Assembly (NCBI GenBank): GCA_045837725.1
Contig: JBEWZL010000003.1
Span: 186,001-250,000 of the forward strand
DNA from: Vermamoeba vermiformis
Taxonomy: Eukaryota
Direction of reading: 5' to 3'
DNA: 64,000 nt
Shown here: positions 11,339 through 24,723 of the stretch, piece by piece
Layout of the letters: each line of letters begins with the position of its first letter
Position numbering within the stretch: position 1 is the stretch's first letter
Translations under genes and position numbers: made by a program
Notes under the pieces: model-generated
Told to the model about the DNA's origin: nothing
The model's input: the letters and a program-made list of their open reading frames with translations, nothing else
The model's database searches: none

Positions 11339-14300
11339 ATGGAATTAAATATTCCTAAAATTGAGATTGAAAATACAGGTACGTCAATTAATACGGCAGC
11401 TTGGCTAGGACAGAATTACTCGTTAAAAATCAAGATCTTTGCCGAAGCAAATCTTTTAATGATAAATCATCGTGCAATATAATAAATAGTATTTAGTAAT
11501 AGCGTCATACTAATTAATTTATCAGAAAATAATGGAGAAAAATCAAATCCGTCCGAAAGCACCAAGCAAGGAGATTTGACCCCAGAAGAGGAGAATTACT
11601 TGAAAAAAGAGCTCCTTTCGCGTGCTATTCACAAAGAAGTGCTATTCCTTAAGGAAGAAACCTCACTGGCGAGATTAGATCGAACGACCATCTTAAAGTT
11701 TTTCTTTGCAAATTACTTAGCGGAGTTTCCTTTGCTTAGAAAAACGAAGAAAAAATTCTGGGATCGAATGCAAACGCTCTCAGCCAATATGGAGGTTAGT
11801 ACCAGCTTTTAAATTTACTTTTTTTGTTGGTCGCGACAACGTATTTTTACTTAATTTAGAAATGCGATCCTCTTGATTTTCTCGTAATAATTAGCATAAG
11901 GAATGATAATTTTAGTAATACAACATCGTTGATTAAGTACACAATTTATTTTTCAAATAATTTTGCCTACTTTTTTTTTTTGAAACGGCAGATCTGCCGT
12001 TATTAGATTAATTTGAAAATAGTATTATTTATATGCACAATGTGACTAAATTCAATGATAATTATAATCATTGCATTAGCGAACTCGGGAACGAATTTTT
12101 AAATCACAGTTTTACGCAGGTGTTTACTGCGTAATTGACCCTAGAATTTTAATTCATTATTTGATCTATAAATACGTAATATTAACGATATTATTACTTT
12201 TATAGCAATTGAAGCTCTCAAATGCAATTGAACGAGGAGAAGAAACTTCGAGCGATAAAATTTTCCGCCGCGTTGAACGAAAAATTGTGCTGGTGATGAA
12301 TTCTGCGATTAAAATCACGTCGTCTGATTGGCTGCAACAAGCACAAGCATCGCGTAATGCAGCAACTGAAGGTACGAACTTTTCCGTCAGATCCTGCCAA
12401 GCTTTATTTCCATATTTGGTTTGATGCTTAAAATAGTAATTTTATTGTTATAGGCTTGTTCAGCAATACCCAGACCAAAGAAGATTTTGAGGCTAAAATT
12501 TACGCCACGAGAAAAGTTAGCGAGAAGCGCATGACCGGAGTAGTGACTAAAATGGTAATAACGCTCTATTTATAGTCTGCAGGTAAAATATGTACTAATA
12601 TGGTTAATTGTAGAACTATATCATTATTTCCAAATTTGGAGATAAGGAAGGAATTGTAGCGCGAAGCATGAGTGAAATTGAAGAATTGCACGGCAAAGTA
12701 AGTCATTGGTTCATGAAAACTAATCTTTGCAGTAATTTATTAACGCATTACTTGCCATTTTTAGCTTAAGAAGGAGTTTAAGGAGATAAAACTGCCTTCG
12801 ATGCCGAAGAAAATCAAAGTCAGAAATCCTTCCGCAGAAATCATCGAAAAGCGTCGCAAAGATTTGAACTATTATATTCGCAATATTCTTATTCATGAAG
12901 AGATTCGCAAGTGCGAGCTCGTGCGAAGTTTCTTATTTGAAGATATGACTCATTTGAGCGATGCCGAGCAACAGAGTAAGTTTCGATAACTTTTATAGCC
13001 TTATATGGTCAATCATATTGCCAAATTTAGATATTTTTTGTAAGGCCCGGCTAATAGTATTAATTTATATAGATGTCGATAAGACCCGTGAACAAGAGAT
13101 CCAGGATCAGTTGAAGGAAGCAGCACTTCAAAAAGATATTGAAGACCGAACCAATCAAATGTTCAAAGTCACGAGCGAGTTCTTTGAGTACTTGGCTGCA
13201 AACGGAGGTTTCCCGATGTTTATTAAGACCTTGAAGGACAACCCGGACATTACTAGCCTTCCCGAAAACTATCAACGTTTGTTCGAATTGGCTCGTTTGA
13301 AAATTTCATTTTTGGTTTACAACACTTTGCACAGGTACGTTAAGACGATTAATTATATCAATAGGATATTTTGAACTAACTTTTATTTTTCCGATGTTTA
13401 CAGAGACGACGGGCATCAAGAGGCGTTTGAGAAGTTCAAGAGTTTGTACAATATTATTCCGTTCACGGCCTTAGTTGTCATTTTGAAGATTTCAAATCCT
13501 TTCTTGTTGCTCAGAGGCCTCTTCGGTAAGTTCTAAAAACCATCGTACGATGGCATCTTTGACACGTGTCAACTCCGCACCTCGGTCACGGAAACTAACG
13601 GTATGATATCTCAGAGTTGTTCTTGGCAAGGCCATTCGGTGCCAAGAGTTTGATGCAAAGAATGTTGTCGCTGTCCATGAACGATGACATGAAAGAGGCC
13701 AAGAGCGAGAAGGTCAAAATGCTCGAAGAACTCGGCAACGATCAAGATCTTGCTAAGAAAGTCGAGAACTTTGTTAATAACGAAGAAGCACGACGTAGCA
13801 TTGGCGTTACTGAAGTTGAAGGTAAGATCCTGAACAATTTTTTGTACATCCGCATCGGATTTGGATCAAATTTTTGACCTATGAATTTAGAAATGAGCGA
13901 AGAACAGTATGTCAAGTTAGTTTTGACTTGCGACAAGATCGAGCCACCAATCAGTGCTCAATACATCAACAACTTGACCGAAGACCAAATCGAAAAGATT
14001 TACCAACTCATCGGCATGGAATTCGCGGCACGTGACGCCAAGCTCTTGATTAGTTTCATGGGCAACAGCGAAATCACTGATGTCATCAAAGAGATGTTCA
14101 CAATGTTCTATGTAAGTAGAATTATATGACCGACAGCACGATGACTAATCATCTCTTCGTGTAGTTGCCGTTGGTCGAATTGTACAAAAAAGTGGATCTG
14201 GGTCAACTCATCAAGACCGTTGCTTCTTACATGAAAGCTGTCATCGCTGTCGCAGAAAACAACAAGCGCGAAATGGATGGTCGAAAGAGTGAGTTTCAAA

Positions 14301-15240
14301 AATATTTCCTAAAAAGGAAAAATTTAATTGGTGCAGATCTAACGCGTTATCTTTAATAGTTTTCCAACAATACCTTCAAATCTTCAAGGAGCACGAACAA
14401 GGCATTTACAGGTTCATCAATGAATTGCTGACGCAAGAAGCCGGCATTCTTCGTGAACTGATCACGTGGGGCTACGATTTCTTCGAGTTCATGCGATTGG
14501 GAAATTCCGAGAAACCCATTGACATCAACAAATTTGTCACGGGAGTCGTGGGCGAGGACAAAGAGAAGCTTGAGTTGTTGAAGCAAGAAGTTCTAGCCGT
14601 GAAAGAATTCCACATCGCGAGACACAGACGCCGCGCAGAACGTTTGAAATATATTTTGACGACCCTTGACAAGAACCAAGTTGGCGATGCTGCAGGCACG
14701 TCTCATTGGGAGTTTTTGGACGACGAAGATGAAGACGAGGAAGACGACGTCGAGCACGCGGACGAGAACGGCAACAACACGAACGCGGAGGCTACTCCGA
14801 GACGAGCCAAAAATGGAAATAAGTCCCCGAAACAAGAATTGCCCGAGCACCTCAAGAAAATTCCCGCGCCAAAATTAACGCTCGTGCCAACACTCGTGGA
14901 TTCATTCGTGCCGTTAGTGTCTGATGGTCTATCGGGTTATAAGCCAAAAATAGTATCAGTCCAGACTCCTTGGGAACGAATCGATGGTGCGGATAAAGAT
15001 CCGTATTTAGATCTGCTGCAAGAAAGCTCCGGAGAGGAAGGCAAAGAATCGAAATCGAAATCGAAATCAAGAAGCAAGAGCATTTCGAAAGGAAAGAGTC
15101 CGAGAGAAGCATCAAGCGAAGCTACCACGCCTAAAGAAGAGAAAAAGGATCACTTGAATCCGAAAGATCTGAAGGAGTCCAAGAGCGTGCCAAGTTCTCC
15201 ACGTGAGTCTCAAGACGGAAACGCATGCAACCAACAGTAA
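11339..15240 (+). CDS. PX-domain protein with PX-associated and DUF3818-like regions (yeast YPR097W/Lec1-like)
   Basis: LTPEEENYLKKELL N-terminal motif; PX motifs LPSMPKK..EKRRKDLNYYIRNIL; LFLARPFGAKSLMQRM; multi-exon. Confidence 0.75.
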
Positions 15241-15494
15241 TCATATTAAGCATTACTGTTTGGTTCAATATTTATTTTGTAAGCATAATTTTTTGATTCA
15301 ACTTTGGTCTGAGAAGTTCAGCTGTAATTATTTAAATAAATTAATTAAAATAGTCTGGTTTTGATAGCATTTTTATATTATTAAATATCTCGCCTCGTTT
15401 CTCCGGTTGACGATGGCAAAATAATTCGGCGGAATTTCATTTATTTATTTGACAAAGGTTAGGGAAAATCAGTAATTCTACAATTAATTCGGAA

Positions 15495-15943
15495 TTAAGC
15501 CTTTTCAGAACGGAATGCTCGCTTAGTGTTGTGCACAAAGACACCGAACAAAGCAGCGGACAAGCCGACGTAAATAGCAGCAACAATGATGTTGGCAATC
15601 AAGATCGCGTAAAGAGTAGCTACGATAGCAACGATCCAAAGGGCCAAGTTAGCAATGTCAATGAGGAGTACAATGCCAGCACCTATATTTTAAATCGGGA
15701 AATTAATCCGCTGCATGGATTATTGCGTCTAAAATTTCAGATCTTACCAACTGTGCCAATAACCAAAACAACTTTGTTCAGAGTTACTGAGCCTGCAATG
15801 CCTAGTGCGCAAACAGCGATTTGGAGTACTGAGACGGCAATACCAAGCGCAGATAAGTTGAGGATGCTCAGGATCAAGCCGATAACGGACAGAATCAGCA
15901 GCGTGATTGACAGACCAAGGAGAGCTTTAGCTTTAACGGTCAT
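15495..15943 (-). CDS. Small 4-TM membrane protein, tandem copy A (2 exons)
   Basis: MTVKAKALLGLSITLL...VIGTV/GAGIVLLIDIANL...FVHNTKRAFRSEKA*. Confidence 0.75.
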
Positions 15944-16530
15944 AGTTATAGCTTACAATAATATAGCTTCTTGATTGTTTGAATGAAATTAGTAATTGAA
16001 AGAATGAAAAAAACAACGATGACTGACTTGCTATAAATATCTACGCAGGCACGTGATGTGTGAACTACTTCGAATGCGTAATAGCGTACGAAAAAACGAA
16101 AAAACAACAAAAAACAAGGCTGAAACTAGGTTTTTTGAGCCGCCAAAAATGTCACCGTTCGTGTCAAAACACGAACAATGGAATTGAAGAGCCAATACAA
16201 GATCCAGCAATAATCTATTTGTAATTGAGCATTTCAAACGTTAATTATAATGATTGTGCAAAATATCTCCGCTCAGATCTCAGTGTACATTTACAAATTG
16301 AACTGCAGAAACCGGAGAATGACAGAACTGACAATGGCCAATTGTTCGTTAAAGGTGATGATAATGCACAGTGATATTGTAAGGACGGAAGCAGGCTTAT
16401 TATCCTAATTCACACTTACTTGCCGTTTTAATATCTCACCAAGTATCCGGTTGACGATCCGGCAAAAAAATCAGGCGGAATTTCATTTCGTGCTAACGTG
16501 AAAATCAGTAATTCTACATTTAATTCGGAA

Positions 16531-16961
16531 TTAAGCCTTTTCTGCAGAGCGAAACGCTCGCTTAGTGTTGTGCACAAAGACACCGAACAAAGCAGCAGAC
16601 AAGCCGACGTAAATCGCAACAACAATAATGTTGGCAAGTATGAGCTGGTAGAAAACTACGATAGCAACGAAATTCGCGATATTAATTAGGAGTACAATGC
16701 CAGCACCTATATGTTAAATTGGGAATTAATCCATGGATTATAGCGTCTAGAATTTCAGATCTTACCAACCGCGCCGATAACCAAAACAACTTTGTTGAGA
16801 GTGACCGAACCTGCAATGCCTAGTGCGCAAACAGCGATTTGGAGTACTGAGACGGCAATGCCAAGCGCAGATAAGTTGAGGATACTAAGGATCAAGCCGA
16901 TAATGGACAAGAACAGCAGCGTAATTGACAGACCAAGGAGAGCTTTAGCTTTAACGGCCAT
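16531..16961 (-). CDS. Small 4-TM membrane protein, tandem copy B (2 exons)
   Basis: Close paralog of 15495-15943 with the same intron position and an intact frame. Confidence 0.75.
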
Positions 16962-17152
16962 AGTTATAGCTTGCAATAATATTAAACTTGATTGTGGTTG
17001 AAACGGTAAAGAAAGAATCAAAAAAACGATATTCAATTGAAATATATTTTTGGCTCCAGTAACAAATGTCACTGTGCATGTCAAAACATAACAATGCGAT
17101 TGTAATATATTTGTAATTGAGTATTTCTAGTATTCAATTAATTATACGGATT

Positions 17153-19425
17153 TTATTGCTTCTGTTCTTCAGTTTGATTTGTATGAATCAAATGAATATT
17201 AACTTTTTTCAATGCTTCTTCGGCCCACGTAGGATAATTCTGCTTCGGGTACTGTTGCAAGAAGAAATTCGCAATAAACTAAATCAAAAGAGATTAATAT
17301 TAAAATTAAACACCGACCAGATATTAATATTAAAAATTAAAGTATTTATAAGAGGTGAATTATATACCTTATCTAATGTTCCATCGATAATCGAGTTCCG
17401 TAAATCATCCATTAATCTCATTTGATAAGCAATGTTGTGGTAAGTAATTAATTGACCTCCGATTTGTTCTTTAGCAGCCTATATAATAAAATCATATTAA
17501 CAAAGAGTCATGGCATAGTTAGACTCGGATCAAAAATTTTTGGATGTGGACTAGATTTGCAAACTTACCACTGTGTGCAGATAAGCGCGAGTATAATTCT
17601 TGCAAACCATGCAATTGCAATCTTCTTCAATGGGTCTATAATCAAATTGATAGGCAGCTGATTTCAAGTTCAACGTGCCGAGCGGTTGGTTGCGAACTAG
17701 TGCAGTGCCGAATCTGGCCGTACGACTAAAAAGCAAATATTATTACCATATTGCTTCATATGATACTAACCCGAGGCACTTATATATATATAAGTATCGT
17801 ACTTACCTTGGATATACACAATCGAACATATCGACGCCCAAAGCCACGCACACCACCAGATCCACAGCAAAACCTGACCGATAGGAAATTATTATTAGAG
17901 CCTTAAACTTATATAATATGTACTAAGTGCCGGCTTGTATAGTATCATAGTATAAGGTGCTTCATAAATGTATCTGGGGTCAGATCTAGTGTCACTTACC
18001 AACACCCATTAAATAACGTGGCTTATTAGCAGGCAAGTGATCAGTGCACAAATCAACCATCTTCCAGAACGCGTCTTTGGATTCACCGCCAGACAGACCT
18101 CCAATAGCATATCCAGGCAAATCTCTCTTAATCAGACCGTCGAGGCAGATCTTGCGAAGTTCAGGATCCAACCCTCCTTGAACAATACTATAAAACAATA
18201 TATTAATACAACCGCAAATGCGAATATATCGAGAACTAATTAGAAATCGTCAAATTCAATTAAAAAAAATTTTGCGATCCATTGTTGTTGGATCCAGATT
18301 TCGACACGTACCCGAATAAATTTTGATCATGAGGTCTCTTATGAGCAGCGATACAGCGGTCAATCCATCGCAATGTTCGGTCAGTAGCTTCAGCGACACG
18401 TGGGCCAGTTGTTGTGCTGCTAACTACGTCATCTAACGCCATCATAATATCCGCGCCTAGCAACAAAAGAAATATTTAAATACCAGATATATATGCAAAT
18501 ATAACATATATCAATAGTAATAATATGGTTCTGATATCTTATTAATAACTGTGAGTATCGCAAATTATTTATGATTTTTTTGGATCTGACCCTAAATTTG
18601 ATCTAAGACCCAAAATTATACTACATACGTACCAATAATATTTTGCAATTCCATAGACTTTTCAGGCGTCAAGACCATTTCAGTACCGTCGTGAGGTGAA
18701 CGGAACCGAACTCCTTCCTGTCGTTTCGCTCAGATTAGCTTATTTTCATAAATATTTTATCAATTTTATTTTTACCTCGGTAATGTGTGCTAATTTTAAT
18801 AAAGAAACCATTTGAAAGCCTCCACTGTCCGTCAAAAGATTTCTACGACGATCAATAATCAGGAGCTGATTCGTAATACATGAAAAATAGTATAAATAAT
18901 ATTACCTGTTCCAATTCATAAATTTATGCAAGCCTCCGAGTTCTTTTAATGTATCGGGACCTGAAAAATATTATCAATAACGGATTCTGCTTTTGTACAT
19001 TCTTCCAAAGGGTTGCGTTATTAATATTGATCCGATTAATACCTGGTCTATGTCCCAAATGATATGTGTTGCCTAGAATAATTGGACAACCGAGATCTGT
19101 AACTTGTTCAGATGTGAGACCTTTAATCGTGCCCTAAAATTATTTAAAAATCAGATAATAATATTCGAATGATTACAGAGTCAATAGGGGTTGAAATTAA
19201 TATTTGAGAAATATCTCAGATCAAAAATAAAAATAATAATTTTATTATTAACTTACCTGAGTTCCTACGGGCATAAACATTGGTGTTTTGCACGGACCGT
19301 GAGGAAGAGTTAATACACAAGCCCTAGCTTTGCCGAATGTCGCAATAACCTACGATCTTGCGTTAACAAATCCATCCACCTCGTTGGTAACTGTTTACCT
19401 CGTGCTTTAGCGGACGCCCTTCCAT
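17153..19425 (-). CDS. QTRT1: Queuine tRNA-ribosyltransferase catalytic subunit
   Basis: [74 protein letters not shown] motifs across many exons. Confidence 0.95.
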
Positions 19426-19623
19426 ATTTACTGTTTAAGTTGTTCAATTGATGTAAGATCCGTCTACTCTTAAAAAAGATACAAATTCAACCGTCAGAAG
19501 GACAATTTCCTGTGCGGGAAACCCGAGAGCGATCCGCCCTCCCGAACCACAAAAGAAATATTCCGAATTCGCTTTTATCTACAAAATATTACTTATATAC
19601 AATATTCATATCCATTTGAGTCT

Positions 19624-21164
19624 TCACAACGTGATATCCTCTTCAGAATCAAGTCGGATCTGTTGGAACTTGGCGACAACTTTCTTCTGCTTGTGCTTTC
19701 GTACTACATATATAGAGACGCCTAATGTAGCTCCAACACCAATAGTAACCACAAGAATAATAAGTCCAAGCATCTGATTTGTTCCTGTCTGATCCGTGTT
19801 GCTCGTTGGTCGATCTGGCGATTGACACTTGACATCAAACGCGTAGTGAATGGAATAAAAAAGCGCACTTTCAATCACTCTGACACTTTGTGGCATCGAT
19901 TTGTATTCGCATCGCTCGTCTCGTTCGTACTTGCCCACGATGGAGAACTTAGGCGTCGGACAATCATCACCGTGGAACACCATGGTGACAGCACTCACAG
20001 GCGATACTACAAGTTCAATAGACTTTTGTTGATATGGATATAGACATCCTGATAAACGTGTAACGGAGACGTCAGACACATCCAGCTGATCGGTGAAAAC
20101 ATCTCCGTTGAAAATTGTCACATCGCCTACTGTAATGTTTTGCTGTCTAACATTTCCATCGACCTTCCATATAGGAGCATCATTCTGGTTATTTGGGACG
20201 CACTTAGCTGATGGGACCGGTGCTGATCCTTTGCAAGCTACATCCACAAAAATTAGCACGTGTCAATAATATCCGCATACATTGATATGGGCTGAAAGGC
20301 ATAGCACTTACCAGGGCACATAGTCTTAGCATCGAATAGAACAAAATCGGGCTTGTTCATGCCAGATCTTCCCAGCCTTTGCGAAAGAATCAATACCGAC
20401 GTTTTGAAACCTTACAGTGTCAATTTTGAAACACTTACTTGATGCTATTGATGTAAGATTCTATTTTACGACCACCTACGCCCGCACAAGTCAAAGCAAT
20501 ACGAATAGATCTATTTTAACAAGTCAGATCACAATTCGCCAACAACAATTTCTCCGACTTACCCATCACTTGGAAGCTGCGTGCTTTTAATAATGAACTT
20601 GCGTTCGTACCATTTGTTCAGCGAGAACTCCGTGGTGTCCTACAATTACAGTGTGAATTAGCGAAAATTCTCGTGTTGTCCACATGCACCGAAACTTTAT
20701 GCGTATCTCGAGCGATCCACTTGGTAATTAGGTGGATGCTTGATAAAGGTCGTATAATAATAATAATCGTATTTTAAGCAACTTACGGCTTCCGGTGTAT
20801 TTTCTAAGCCGTTTTGATCCAATATTTTTCCTCCATCTGCTGTTTGAAGCGCAACGATGCAACTTCCGTCGTTACTAGTCGTACTAATGGTATATTCAAA
20901 TAAATAGCTCTCGGCAGGTTGCAACTTGAGGCGCTTATCTGCAAAGAAGGCGCTGATCTCGGATTTTGTATTATTCTGGCCACATTCTGCGAGCGATGCT
21001 GCGATAGTGAGAGGTCCACCGAAAGCACCATATTCAAGGGTTGAGTCGTTACAGGTCGAAGAGCGTTGGGTATCTTCGTACTTGGCAAACGGATTGCAAG
21101 TCGGTACATCTGCGACAGCATAGCTTAAAGCCAACACTAGCGCAAGCAAAATTATCCTCTTCAT
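19624..21164 (-). CDS. Cys-containing type I membrane (surface) protein, family member 1
   Basis: Signal peptide MKRIILLALVLALSYAVA, Cys-containing ectodomain, C-terminal TM and basic tail; internal exon boundaries approximate. Confidence 0.7.
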
Positions 21165-21223
21165 TATAAGGAAAATTTTTATGCTGTTGTGGTGCTCCTT
21201 CAAACGGAGAAATAGATAATCAA

Positions 21224-21460
21224 GAGGGATAACTTAAACACGTTAGATAAGTGACCCTCGTGCTATGAACCCCCGTCCAAACAACCCTAGGAGACGACTG
21301 AGAGGCACTAGGTTGATCTCGAACTTGTCTAGCCCGAAGGTTGGACGAGTCCTGGATCGGGGGCGGCATGCTGCGCAACGTAGGGAGGCACTACTATATA
21401 AGGCAAATAGTTCACAACGAAAACTGGGCTAAGTTAAAAAATGCTCATGAGATATCCCTC
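21224..21460. ncRNA. Candidate structured ncRNA or foldback element, identity unknown
   Basis: GC-rich island with nested complementary segments: GAGGGAT/ATCCCTC, TAACTTA/TAAGTTA, CCCCCG/CGGGGG, CGTCCAA/TTGGACG, CAACC(C)TAG/CTAGGTTG; CC-UUCG-GG hairpin on the minus strand. Confidence 0.4.
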
Positions 21461-22329
21461 CAAAAATTGGTGGCAACACAAGCGGTACGCAAACTTTGGC
21501 AACGCAAGAAATTTGGATGAATCCTTCTCGGATTTTTTTTAGGTATGAAATATTAATGTGTTCTACAGTATGTACATGCAATGCAATCAATTGACTGGAT
21601 GTAAGCAAGTCGCCTAAAATTTCGAAATCCAGCTTTGTTTCGTACGCTCCAATGGTGCGTTTTGTAATAGCGCAATATAATATGCGTTGAACTTAATTTA
21701 ATAGATGAGTTGAACTTAGTTAATAGTATGTCAAAAGTAATATGGTATGATGTGCGCTCGTACGATCCGCGTGTGGACCCTGGGAACGTCCCATCGCACG
21801 TATGCGTTGCATGTTTGGAAATATTTTTAATTAACGCAAATATAATCTCCACGCATGATTTACTATTCGTTCAGCGCTTTGTTCGCTTAAATTTAAGCTG
21901 TACACGAAGCACAATGGTTGTTGTGTCTCGATCAGACCACACCATGGTGATGTTAATTAGGTAAGATAGTACTGCCACGACAAGCTTATTATTAACACTA
22001 AGTTCGATAGAGCATAGTATAGGCTGGCACGCGTCTGGCCGAGAGCAAAAAATATTTTTAAATTGTCAGTAATTTATTTTAAAATACCAGGCAATGCAAA
22101 AGCCGAACTATAGCGTCGAATATTATAGCCCAATGATATTTTATTATAATATTATTATCTAAATTATTTTGGTGCACGTACCACAGAAACACGGATTTGA
22201 TCAAACCAAAAGTTGTCCTAGGGTTGCTCTAATCCTATTGAAAGGTGGTCTAAAGGCAACAACAACGAGCCGCTGTTTCCTTAGTTGCAACAAAGAGCAC
22301 ATTAGTAGCGACAAAGTCAAACGTGGACT

Positions 22330-22530
22330 TTTCGGCAGTGCTGGGAATGCCTTCCTGACAACACTGTCCTATGTATCTCTATCTTGCTTATTGTAGGCAC
22401 TGCCGCTGGAATAATCATTGCAATTGTGTTGGTGGTGTCAAGTGTTGCAGACAACAGCGACGAGCAAAACTCGAACTGGAAAACATCGCTAGGCAACGAG
22501 ATCCGGCACCACGAAGCGCAAGTTTACACA
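22330..22530 (+). pseudogene. Frameshifted TM/cytoplasmic-tail fragment of the surface protein family
   Basis: VGTAAGIIIAIV, then in another frame GVKCCRQQRRAKLELE, matching VGTAGIIIGIVFGVRRYRQRKRAKQLDLE of 22849-24285. Confidence 0.6.
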
Positions 22531-22848
22531 AAAGCTTTGTGCAATAATCGTGTTCTAGCTACTAACAGAAAAGGTGTTAGGACATGAGTTGAATCCGGAT
22601 TTCGGATCTTGAGAAAAGCTTTGGACCAGTCAATAGACATCTGGGCTATGAGGAAGGCAAATGTAACGGCAACAACGCGGGTAAATATCCAGGATATTTG
22701 AAAGTTTGGTTCCGATTAATTGGTTCAAGTAAAATACCGAGCAATTACATCGGAAAATCTTCCGCCATAAAGCTCGCGCATTCGGATCAGTCATTTCATC
22801 ACTTTTATTTTACACACCGCAACACGCAAAGCATTAATTATGTTTATT

Positions 22849-24285
22849 ATGCACCGTGTATCGTTGTATTTTTGCTTATTATTCTCGGTGGCAATGATGA
22901 CAGCACCATTTGCCTCTGCTGTCCAACCCAACTGCGATCCGTTCGAGTCAATCCAACGCACTGTACAATCAACATGCCCAGAATCAACAATAGAATATGG
23001 TGCTGATGGCAACATGCTCACTTTGACTGCTTCGTTGGCAAACTGTGCATCTGCGAAACCAGAATCTTCCGTTAGCGTCTTTTTCGATCAATTAGTTACT
23101 CCAGTAATTGACAAATCTACCAACGAATGGATCCTATCGTACTCGATTATGTGGAGCGATCCATCAACGAATTGCGTTGTGGATGTCACTCCAACATCCG
23201 CAACGGTCACTCCAAAACTCCCTTACTCTCTACCAAACGATACAAATGGCTTAAATAACAGCCCATTAACGGTAGGTTATCCATTGATTTCAAAAGATTT
23301 TTGTAAAGAATCGAAATCCGGAGCAATTCACTCCGATGCTGTCTTTGCGACTGCAATATTGATTCGTTACTTTATAGAATATTAGCGAATACGCACTCAA
23401 TCAATGGTACACTCGTTCATTTGTCATCAGCGGTTCTTCGCTGTCATCGTTCAGATTTGGTTTCACATGTGCATCACAAACACCCGGAACGAACATGAAA
23501 CAAGTCGCGTACATTAGAGACATTTCTTGGAAGTCGGGACTAAATAGCAGTACTGTTTATCACTCACTTAGGTCTTGCGTTGGTAAGCGTTTACCGGATC
23601 TGTTTTTTTTGACAGGCATTAATGAAATTTCGCAGACTGCTATGACTCGCCAATTGAAGGAGCGGATTGTTTATCATTTGGCGATGAATATCGATGGGTA
23701 TACGAAGGAAACATCGACATCGGAGATTTCTCCGTGAACGTGCCGCTAACTGTCATCGGCAACGTCACAACGTACTTGCTCCGCGTGCGAGAGCTGCTCG
23801 ATATCCGTGGCTGCCTCATTACTAAACTTAGGGACGAGCGATATGAATACTCGTACTCGTATATTGCAATCATTGGGTACAGAGGAAGCACAGTCGTCAT
23901 TCTTCAAGATCCTGGATGCACCTGGCCCAGATTTAGCGTCGATCCCACGCCTGAACGAGCATACCCTCAATTATATAACGATAGTATTTGCGATTATCCT
24001 GGAAGTCTTTTTGTGGTTTCCAATGGTTCGGATGTGACGACAGTGACTAAGGAGTCAATCACTATACACGTCACTGATAGTGCTTTTGAATGTTATTACC
24101 CGACTTATGGCTGGATAGCTATTATTGTTGTACCTGTAGTCGTTGGAACAGCAGGAATTATCATCGGGATCGTGTTCGGAGTTAGACGCTACAGACAACG
24201 AAAGCGAGCCAAGCAACTCGATTTGGAAATGGAACAGCAAGCACAGCGCGTTGATCCAATGGAACATTGTCCTCCTACAAAATAA
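22849..24285 (+). CDS. Cys-containing type I membrane (surface) protein, family member 2
   Basis: Signal peptide; PNCDPF..STCPESTIEYGA..LTLTASLANC aligns with PTCNPF..STCNDSTLEYGA..LTIAASLAEC of member 1; C-terminal TM. Confidence 0.7.
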
Positions 24286-24723
24286 ATAGGGTTGTCCTGT
24301 TGCTATGTATTGTGAAAGGTCGTCAGCGATTTTAAGGCTTTTTTGTGAAAAGGGTGGGGGGGGGAGGCCACGAAAAAAAATAAATTTGGGAATTTATTAA
24401 AAAAAAAAAAAAAAAATATAAAAAAAAAAAAAAAATGAAACGTTTGATCGTCAAATTGTCAATTAACCACAGAAAAAATCAAGAATACAACGACTGTGTT
24501 GTAGCTTAAAAAGTAAATGAACTCTATGTAGCATACATTGCCAACAGCTCTTCGAAATAAAGGTACTAAACGTTTTAATTTGCAAAATCAAAGACAAAAT
24601 TTGTAGATGGTATTATTTTTCTGGTCCTATTTGTCCTGTAATTCAGTATTCTTGCACAATATTCTTGTCAAATGTCGTCGATATTATTTCTGATTTTTAA
24701 AAAATATTTAGACAAGGCCTACC

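Noticed and set aside
21290-21390. TPP riboswitch or hammerhead resemblance (CTGAGA, GAACTTG, CGTAGGGA)
   Set aside because: Spacing and helices do not fit, no GAAA hammerhead core, and it is antisense to the adjacent gene
21344-21432. RNase P/MRP, from a CR-V-like ACGAAAACTGGGCTA
   Set aside because: No convincing CR-I/P4 partner at a suitable position; left as an unknown structured element
24340-24436. Poly-G and poly-A runs as a retroelement tail or G-quadruplex
   Set aside because: Homopolymer-rich, no TSD or element body; likely a sequencing or assembly artefact
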